DNA of 58,999 bases, filler included, from Dugesia japonica (taxonomy: Eukaryota): assembly GCA_001938525.1 (NCBI GenBank). It is 5 parts of 5 records of this genome, joined end to end, with 100 filler letters (N's around TTAATTAATTAA, not from the genome) between each part and the next. Parts side by side here need not be neighbours in the genome. Positions count along the whole stretch, not along the records: positions 49,837 to 58,999 come from MQRL01598693.1; 4 more parts are not named here. One strand, given 5' to 3'. This document shows positions 49,837-58,999 of the stretch, in pieces. The notes beneath the pieces are model-generated. The model was not told where the DNA came from, did no database searches, and was given only the letters and a program-made list of their open reading frames with translations. The first letter of the stretch is position 1, and each line of letters starts with the position of its first letter. The translations under genes were made by a program, and so were the position numbers.

Positions 49837-51612
49837 TGAATAATTGTTGCTCTCAATAAAGTAATATTTTTGAGATTTTACCCAGGTAACTCATTTCACT
49901 TCTGTGTCTAAAATATTACCCACTTCAAATTAGGATCCTTTCCAGAATTGACTCTGGTATTTTATGCCAAGCTCTCTGAATAAAGCTGATGACGTTTCGT
50001 ACGATTTTAGCTCGTTTCTATTATATCACAACATTATACATTATTTTGTCAATTTCAGATATCATTTAGAGGTTTCGAACTCCGTCTGTATTTAGTCTAT
50101 TAAACTTGACTCAGGATAACAAGTAAACGTAGAAATCTGACAATAACTCGTCCTGTCTAGGTCATTATCTTATTAGCCTGCATCACTTGGGCTTGAGCTT
50201 TCAAAATAGATTTGAATAAAAATTCCACATATTGCAGAAAAGTTGTACTAGTGAAGTCTTATTCTTTAATTCTATATGTCTTGGAATCTTTGCTTGACCC
50301 ATTGCTTAGCTCTCTTTAATAGTTCTATGACAATTCGCTCACATTGGAACTGCATAAAATTAATCATTAAACCTAATACTAACATTAACGTTAATCATGA
50401 TTTGTTCTGACAGATTAATTTTAAAATATTTTTGAACACAATTATTAAATTTTAATTAAAATAATGTAATTGAAGGTTTTATTGTAATGAAATCTCAAAA
50501 AGGATTAATGGTTACGTCCCACAATTATTCTCGCAATAATTGTAATTGTAAAATTAAATTTTAAGTACATAATTATGTCAGCACGAAATAATTTCTTGAT
50601 ATAATGGGCTACGAATTTTCCGTTTTTTTGCTTCATATTGTCCGCACCGTATTGTTCTACAACAAATTGTCCTGTGACGAATTGTCTGGTAATCATCTTT
50701 AATATAATCACTTGCTCAAAAAACTAATTACAGTAAGCTCGTAACAGATTTCCATGGTGACCGATTGAATGTTTTATATTGGGTAAACATTGTTATCAAA
50801 GGAAATAATTCACCAAACTGATGAAATAGTCAACATTTGAAAGAAATGGCTTAAAAAAGTATTTTTTTACTGTTACAAAAATAGTTATCATCATAATTAT
50901 TAGTATAATGATTACTGTTCATAAATTTTTATATTATTATTATCATTATTATCATTACTATTATTAACATTATTGTTAGGATCATTAACCACGTTAGAGT
51001 AGTAAAAATCATTTTTTTATTGTTCTTGAAAGATACTTATGTGATTTTTGACTGTACAAATTTATTTCTTTTCACGCACAAAAATAATTCGCAGCATTAT
51101 TATTTTATCAATATTTTCTTTTATGTGTAGTACTGCCTTTTTTTATTGAACATTTTTTAAAAAGTTTGTAATGGGTGTTTGCCTATGGCTCAAAAATGAG
51201 TACAAATACCATTNNNNNNNNNNNNNNNNNNNNNNNNNNNNNNNNNNNNNNNNNNNNNNNNNNNNNNNNNNNNNNNNNNNNNNNNNNNNNNNNNNNNNNN
51301 NNNNNNNNNNNNNNNNNNNNNNNNNNNNNNNNNNNNNNNNNNNNNNNNNNNNNNNNNNNNNNNNNNNNNNNNNNNNNATCACAAGTCTTAACGAAAATCG
51401 GTTTTATATTTATAACATTTGCAGGTCAATTTTAAATTTTTGCATTTCCATTTTAATATTTTTTTTTAAAAATTTTGTTTATACATTACATAAAAACTTC
51501 ATTTTTCAAACTTAAAAGCTAAAAAATGGATGACTTTTATATATTTTATTATATATTAGTTTATAAATTTTAATAATAGACACTATCCAAAAAAGCAAAT
51601 TAAAATATCTCA

Positions 51613-51830
51613 AATGAAAAACGAAATAGTGTAATTAAAATGTATGTTGAAAAAATTTATGAATTAGAAGATGTTGCGTCAGCACTTAACATCAAATAGA
51701 ATAGAGCATGGAAAATTGTGGAAGAATTCAAGAAGTCTAACCGTAAGGTTAAAAAGCCAAAAGTAGGATCCTTAAGAAGAATTTTAATATGTGATATTAT
51801 GAAAAAAATAGAAGATTTGATACGTCTAAT
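51613..51830 (+). pseudogene. Tc1/IS630-like transposase HTH remnant
   Basis: ELEDVASALNIK*NRAWKIVEEFKKS..KKPKVGSLRRIL. Confidence 0.5.
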
Positions 51831-54011
51831 TTGGAAATTTTAACAAACTTTTTAGCTAATTTATTCAAATTCTACCAAAACCAGATTTCTATTCAAAATT
51901 TATTATTTACACTTTTGTCTCACACCAATGTCTCCTCATCATCCAACGCATAAGGCACCAACTATAGTATCGCTTGGTCTATCCTGTTTTCGAGACTCTG
52001 CAAACTTATTGTGCTACAGGAGATTCATTTTCATCACCGTTTCGTTCTCTGTTAAAGTTAGGGGCTTCCTAAGGTGATTTGCTATTCAGTTCAGAATATC
52101 CGCAATAGACAGATTTAACTGGAAGCGTTCCTGCTCTAAGATCAGGCATTAAAAGTAAAATAATAATTTAATTACACTAATTTCTTTTTCATTACAACAT
52201 GTTACACAATTTATCATTAAATAACAGACAGTTGTTATCATAAAAATCCTTAAGAACATTCTTACAATAAAGTCATCCTCGATCTTCATCAATAAAACCT
52301 CGATAATTTCACGACACATCTCTCACTCCATGTATTTATGTTCCTTCTAGTTTTAAATTCATCTCAAATTTATTCATCTTCATTTATTTACTATGGTGAC
52401 TTCGTTTTGATTTCTTTCATTAAACTCAAACTCCTTTGCATTTATAATTCGTACTTCATCTTTATTCACAAAAGCATAAAGAGTTTGCTTGGTTCCGTTA
52501 CTCATAATTGCTAATCATAATACATCTCGATTTATCAAGTCTACATTATCCCTGCGAATAACTAAATATCTTATTGCTTTTACTCAACTTGTCATTGAAT
52601 GTCTTTTGCCTTGCCCCAGAGCATCTTTCATCTTCGTCATTCAACTCCATTATTAAACACTGTTCATCTTGGTCATCGGACATTTTCATAAATATCGTTT
52701 CTTATTGTCCTTCTAACTCATCGTTAAATATTATTTGCCTCTGCCAATTGGCTATTAGATAGTATTCAGATTTATCATTCAAAACTTTTGGATTTCTTTC
52801 ATAATAGTTGTTGCTCGCTTATTCTACCTGAACTACATCTCGGTTTACGATGGTGGATGATCTTGGTTAACTACTTCATAAAACAAAACTGCAAATTGCT
52901 TCGTAGATAACTGTTGGAATTGTTCTCGATTAATATATTTCTGATTACAACTTGCTGCAAACTTCAGATAGCTTTTTCACAAGTTTATTTAAGAGAATTG
53001 TTGTAAAGTAGTTTTTCCTACTTATTATATATTTTTCCGCATTTAATAATATATAAAAATATTATTTAATACTTCTTTGTTTATTAATTTCTTAATCTAT
53101 TATTTTATATTTCTTTCCTTACTAGATTTTCTTAGTAATTCATTTTCATTGTTGTGTTTTATTTTAAATATCCTAATTTCATTTTCCCGATTTCTTTTAT
53201 TTACTTAATTCAAAGTTATTCGGTTTCGAATGTTTCTTTTAGTACTATTTCATTCAGGTTTTATTAATTCTTTAAATTACTTGTTTTAATTTAATTATTC
53301 AATTGTTTTTTTTAATTCAATCCATTTACTCATTTTAATAATTTTACTGCTCTGCTTTTGTCAATCTTTTTCATCTGTAAAATTTTTTGATCGGATTTAT
53401 TTCTTTTCTAATTTTTTAATTATTAATTCAATTTATGTAGTTAATTCAATTCCTTTCAATTATTTGCTTTATTTCATCTCTCTTCTTAATTTTGTTAATT
53501 CCACTTTTACTCGTTCTAATTTTATGTCCGTTTCAGTGCAACACAAATAATTGATACATTTATGTACTAAAAGTCTAGTATCAATTTTAAGAAATACTGA
53601 ATTATTGCTGATAAAATTAGAATTGAAACATAAATTTTAAAATCATAAATTAAACCTTTATTGTTAATTATTCAACAAATTTATTAAAATTCAGTCTAAT
53701 ATTGAATCGCTACATAGATATTATTTGAATAGGTCTCATTGCTTGAACAGAAAATTAGATTTTGCTAATGAAAGATGAAGAATATTTAAATAGATTAGTT
53801 AATATATTTCAAGAAGTGGCAATAAGTTTCTATTCTAAGAATCTCAACCAGCAAAACGCTATGGTTTAAACATGAGTCAAGAAAATGGAAAACATTTAGA
53901 TGCTTGTGATATAATATAAAAATGAAGTGTTTAAATATTCAGATTTTGGAAGAAGATAATTTGAACCTGTTTTATTTTGAATAAATATTATTTTAGCAAT
54001 TTATCATTAAC

Positions 54012-54799
54012 ATGGCGTCAGGAGAAGAATTCAGTAGATTTTTATCAAATTTATTCAAATGGTTCAGAAGCTGCCAAGTTTTCATAATGAAGATGATGCT
54101 ACAAAACACTTTCAGGAATTTAAGAACCACATTCTTAATTGAAAGATCGAAGATGGTAATGAAAAAATTAGAAATTTTTTAATACCTTAGAGCAAGATAC
54201 CCAATATGAATTATTTTCCTTACCAGAATGTTAAGGGTGATTTTACTTTGTTAAGTAAGAAATTTGTAGAATTATACAAAGTTAAAGTTTCAAGGATTTT
54301 TCCTATTACCGAACTTTTGCAGATTAAGCAAAAACCTATCTTTAAGAGAATTTATTACAAAATTGAGTGTTTATTTATTTGAAAGTTTATTTATTTGAAA
54401 CCAGAATTGAACCGCGAGGACTGAGAACAGACTTTAATATTCGCTTTTTTATTTGGGTTGAACGATAAAAAGTGGCAGCAGCAGTTCAATTTCTTAAGCC
54501 AGAATCATTAGAAGAAGCTTATAANTTTGTAAAAAAAAGAAGTAAAAAACGAAAATAAGTAAAATCTGAGGCTAATTAAAGCATCACATGACTTATCAGA
54601 CGAAGTGCGTGCACTAAAACCGGAGGTGACAGAATTGGAACAAATGATATTCAGGATATCTAGATATATAAAGAACGGAAGAAATAGATCTGGAGTGAAA
54701 AACACAAGGATTAATAATCAAAGTCTGGATAGAAATATCCAAATTAAAGATATTAAATGCTTTAACTGTGAAAATTTTGGCAATTTTGTGGCCATTTAA
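54012..54799 (+). pseudogene. gag: Gypsy gag remnant with zinc knuckle
   Basis: SPITELLQIKQ..LREFITKL..AFLFGLND..KPESLEEAY..IKCFNCENFG(N); many stops. Confidence 0.7.
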
Positions 54800-54849
54800 A
54801 GAAAAGTGATATTGACTTATATGTTACAACCAATAGTATTTTGTGATGC

Positions 54850-55515
54850 TGCTTATTAGAAGAACATGAAAAAAGGTTTAGATTTTTGTTCTAGGTCTGT
54901 TTCTTTAACTTATTCGAATTTCATAAAGCATCGAACATTTATTTAAGTTATTGTAAGCAAACGGATATAGTTTACAATTTATAAATTAATTAATTTTGCC
55001 GACAATTGATAATATTTAGTTTGGTAATAATATTGATTTCGATAAAAAGGTTGAAATTGTGTCGAATATTATTGAACCTAATAACTTTTTGTCAAACTTT
55101 GTTGGGCCATTTATTTTATCGGTTTCTTATTCTGTAGGTTTAAAACGTTTAAGCTGCTAAGAATTATCTTTAATTTAAAATTGTTTTTACATCACAGAAA
55201 TTATAAATAGCTTTGTTAATAAATCCCATACACAAATTGGATTGTGTTCTAGCCTTGTTTATCAATTTAAATGTAATGAGTGTGATGCCATATACATTTG
55301 GGAGATTTTCCATCATTTCTGTACAAATGTTCAAGAGCATAATCTTATTGGTAGTCGTAATAATATCCCCAAGCATTTGTATCAAAATAGATGTAATGCG
55401 AATGTTGATATTTCCAATTTTAACATTTTTTCTAAACAATTTAAAAATTATTGGGAGAGTGTTATATGAATGTTTAATGGTTAGATTTCAGAATCATAAT
55501 AGGCAACTTTTTTGA
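54850..55515 (+). pseudogene. Penelope-like element 3' fragment (GIY-YIG endonuclease)
   Basis: SSLVYQFKCNECDAIYIWE..HFCTNVQEH..KHL..C..NFNI matches the PLE VYxxxCxxCxxxYIGET..EH pattern. Confidence 0.8.
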
Positions 55516-56799
55516 CTAAATTAATAAAATTTTTTTAGATTTAAATTTAGGTTTTTTGTTAAAGATTTGTTGGGCTAAAACACGTGATATAAAAAGATAA
55601 TAATAACTACAGGTAAGACGAAATCAAGGAAGAAGATATCGGGAAAGAATAAAGAATCCAGAAAATAAGAGGTCAAAGATTAGTTAAAGAAAGAAGCAAC
55701 TATAGGAAAACCATAAATAGGGGATTAAAATATTGGCAATAATCAATGCAATCTTGAAACAGAAAGGAAGCAAATAGGACATGCTTAAGCCAAAGAGGAA
55801 AGAAAATGACAGAAGATACCAGCGGACTGAGAAAACAAAGACACAGCAAATAATAACTGGAGCATATAATTTATTAGGAAGAATAAGGAAAATTAAATTA
55901 ATAATTAAAGATGAAAGAAATAAATGTGTGAGGAAAGATTAATAATAATAATGTGTTATATATTAAACACTAGGTTAATAATAAAATACCGTGTATGNNN
56001 NNNNNNNNNNNNNNNNNNNNNNNNNNNNNNNNNNNNNNNNNNNNNNNNNNNNNNNNNNNNNNNNNNNNNNNNNGTGATACACAAGTATTATAATTATCTC
56101 TCTTTTGGAACTATTTGGAATTATTATTAGAAGCTATTACTTGCAGCTATTTTGGAGAACTGTTAAAAATCATTAGTTGTGATACACAAGTACTGTAATT
56201 ATCTTATTATATTTTAACATTTTATTATTGTTGTAAATTATAAATTAATTAATTAATAAAACTTTCTGTACGAATTAACTATTTCATTTTTACTTAAGTA
56301 ATTANNNTTAAATAATTAATAATAATTCTCATTTAATAATTACATTTTATTAATCTTTCATCTATAAAATGCTTACTAGCGCACTATTCCCTAACAAAAT
56401 GAAAGAAATCCTAAATTAAATTAAATTTCAAGTTAGAAACAAAAAATGGCAATCCAATTAATAAATTAAATGAGAAGAAAATAAAATTAAACAATTAATT
56501 TATTAAATAAAATAAATCATGCAAATTAAAAGAAATTATTATAAAAAAGAATTAATTTTACAAGAAAAACAAAAATCGAAGAGAATGAAAACTCCACATC
56601 AAGGAAAGCGCAGTGAACAAGAAAATTATGGTCAAAAATGTCATAGATTTAATAATTCCAAGTTAGAAAATTATAGCTCAGTCAAGAGCAAAGTTACAGA
56701 GGTTTTGAAGACAACCGATGTGATTCTATCAGTTTTGGAATTCCAAAAAATTTACCAATGAGATGAAAATGGTTTAGCCAGTGAGAGCTATAGAAAAAT

Positions 56800-57200
56800 C
56801 TATAGTGGCGCACTGTATTCTGCCGCAGTGCCCCCTTTCTCTACCCTCCCTTTTTTTCAATAGATCCGCACGGGTACAGTTTTTTTTATTTAATAGGTCC
56901 GCACTTGCACAGTTATTTCTTTAATAGGTCCGCACTGGCAGTGTTTTTTATTTCTTGTTTAGATGGGCCAAATTATTCATTATTTGTTTAAATGAAATGA
57001 AATTATTTATTTATTTTGGTTTAAATTAAATGATTTTAATGTTTTTTGTTTAAATGAAGTGAAATTTCGTAATTTTTGTTAAAATAAGTAAATTTAACGA
57101 TTTTTATTTATTTATTTTTCTATATTTTTTTTTTAAATATATTTTCCAGGCCAATATTAACATTAGAAGCGCCGGGCAATATTAACATTAAATATTTATT
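56800..57200 (+). mobile_element. Probable left terminus related to the 22329 end
   Basis: atagtggcgcactg..cagtgccccc, three aatag(g/a)tccgcac repeats, ccgggcaatattaacattaaatatt. Confidence 0.45.
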
Positions 57201-58199
57201 TATATAAATAAATNNNNNNNNNNNNNNNNNNNNNNNNNNNNNNNNNNNNNNNNNNNNNNNNNNNNNNNNNNNNNNNNNNNNNNNNNNNNAATATTATCAT
57301 TAGTTGGGCAAGTTTCATAGTAATCGATGTTTCAGTGTTCATACTATGAGATGTTAGTTGGAAAACATTAGTTGTTACAAGGCTCAACCTATAAGATGTC
57401 TATGGGTACGCACTCTTGGCTGTAACCGATATTAGATGCTCCCTTAACAAACCATTTAATGCTCTTGATATTTAATGTTCACAGTTTCATTAATATTAGC
57501 TGTTCACCCAAAGAATCGATTACTATTCCAATGAATATCATTTTAATATTTATATTTAAGTAAAATTACTCTTCGTTTCAATATAAATAATGAAATCAGT
57601 ATATTATTTGTATTCTAAGTTAAATTATTATCAATAGTATCATTAAAAATTATTTTCATAACAGTTTTGTTTGAATTCCATACCATTACATTACCTCCTC
57701 CAACATGAACAGTTCGATGGAGCGAATCCATCAAAGTCCGTTATCATCCAATCGAGTCCGTTCATAATTGAAATTATCGATCAGCTTGTGAAGTTTTAAA
57801 TAGACTAAGCTCGATTACAGTGTGTGCATCTCTGCAGCAATGCTTCTAACCGTTCACATTCGGTCTTAAATATAAATTGCTACAACTGTATAATCTTTAT
57901 AAGATAAAAACCGTTAGTTGTCAACGCCAATATTTGGCTAGACTCAGATCCACAAAATGGTAAAGAATTCAAAGTTAACTGTTAATAAATAAATCTTTAA
58001 ATTAAATCATTACAGAAAATCATTACTTATTATCATTAAAGAAGAGCATTATTAAAAATTCATTAAGTTAAATCTTTAAGAAAAAAATTACCATTTAATT
58101 TAATTAAAAATAAATCCTTACTTATTGTCCAAGTTGATAATAATGATCATAAATCGTAATAAGTGACCGTAATAACTTGATAATTATCAATTATTGTAA

Positions 58200-58999
58200 T
58201 TTTAGTGTGATAGATTATAAATTTATGTGCTGGCCTAGAAATTTACTTGTTCAGTGCTAATTTTTATGGATCAAATTAGACTATGGGTTATAAGTTTAAT
58301 TTGTTTTTTTGAATTTTTATCTGCTGACTTAGAAATTTTATTATCTTTTATGTAATCTTTGATTGTTATTGAATACTTCAGTGAAATTTCTAAAACTTTT
58401 TAATAGAAATATACAACGTTTGAAATTTTTATTGACTTATTATATTATTGTATTTTTAAATAATTTTAATGACTTTTATATAACTTTAGCACGATGAATT
58501 ATAATTTTTATGTACTGGTTTAGAAATTTAGTGTGACTACTTAGAATTTTACTGTGATTAAATAAAATTTTGTGAGATAGAATGTAATTTAGTGTAACCT
58601 GGTACAATTCTGTGTGATGGATTGATAATTTATGTGTTGGTTTAGAAATTATGTGTTTACTTCGACTTTTACTTGTTCAGTGTTAATTTTTATGAGTTTG
58701 ATTAGACTTTTGTGAGATGGATTATAATTTTAAAGCTTTGACTTAGAAATTTCAATGTGATAGACTATATTTTTAGTGTGACAGATTATAAGTTTAATAT
58801 GTTGACTAAGAAATTCTATGTAAGAAACTAGAAATTATGTGCTGACGTAGACATTTTATGCGATGGCTTAGAAGTTTTATGAGATGTCAAAGAATTTTGT
58901 GTGATTAAAGTAATTATAGTGCATGAAATATAATTTATATGTGTTGACTTACAATTTTGTGTAATGGAATATAATTTTAATGTATTGGATTACAGTTTT
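58200..58999. repeat. Satellite-like array shared with scaffold 3
   Basis: High similarity to about 28300-28910. Confidence 0.85.

Noticed and set aside
49837-53500. Possible integrase or gag remnants on the minus strand (49840-50350, 51900-53500)
   Set aside because: Only isolated motif-like words; no supportable assignment
1-58999. pPolB, NCLDV core genes, tRNA or rRNA genes
   Set aside because: No recognisable motifs found by eye

Overview
Very AT-rich, repeat-dense eukaryotic DNA, most likely animal (45-55 nt GT-AG introns; Polinton, Gypsy, Penelope and Tc1/mariner relics). It is not one locus: four identical 100-bp spacers (44N-TTAATTAATTAA-44N) join five scaffolds of decreasing length (1-13923, 14024-27687, 27788-39127, 39228-49736, 49837-58999), so gene order across spacers is meaningless. 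Scaffold 1 holds a decayed endogenous Polinton/adintovirus morphogenesis module (hexon, PLA2X, integrase, packaging ATPase, pX-like core protein, penton, adenain, fibre-like and gasderminX-like genes; no pPolB seen), followed by inverted and tandem repeats. Scaffold 2 holds a second Polinton-type ATPase head-to-head with a frameshifted TBP-like gene, a stack of Polinton-like termini, and a spliced UBL-UBL-helical-UBL/PB1-kinase gene whose first 11 introns are all phase 2. Scaffold 3 holds satellite-like arrays, a Polinton core-protein gene fragment and about 8 kb of a large Gypsy-type retroelement with the unusual order UBL-repeat ORF, small ORFs, chuvirus-type class III env, PR, PR, RT, RNase H. 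Scaffold 4 holds a full-length DD41D Tc1/mariner element with TIRs, other TE relics and an intronless double-RING gene. Scaffold 5 is mostly TE debris. All family calls come from motifs recognised by eye; no searches were run.
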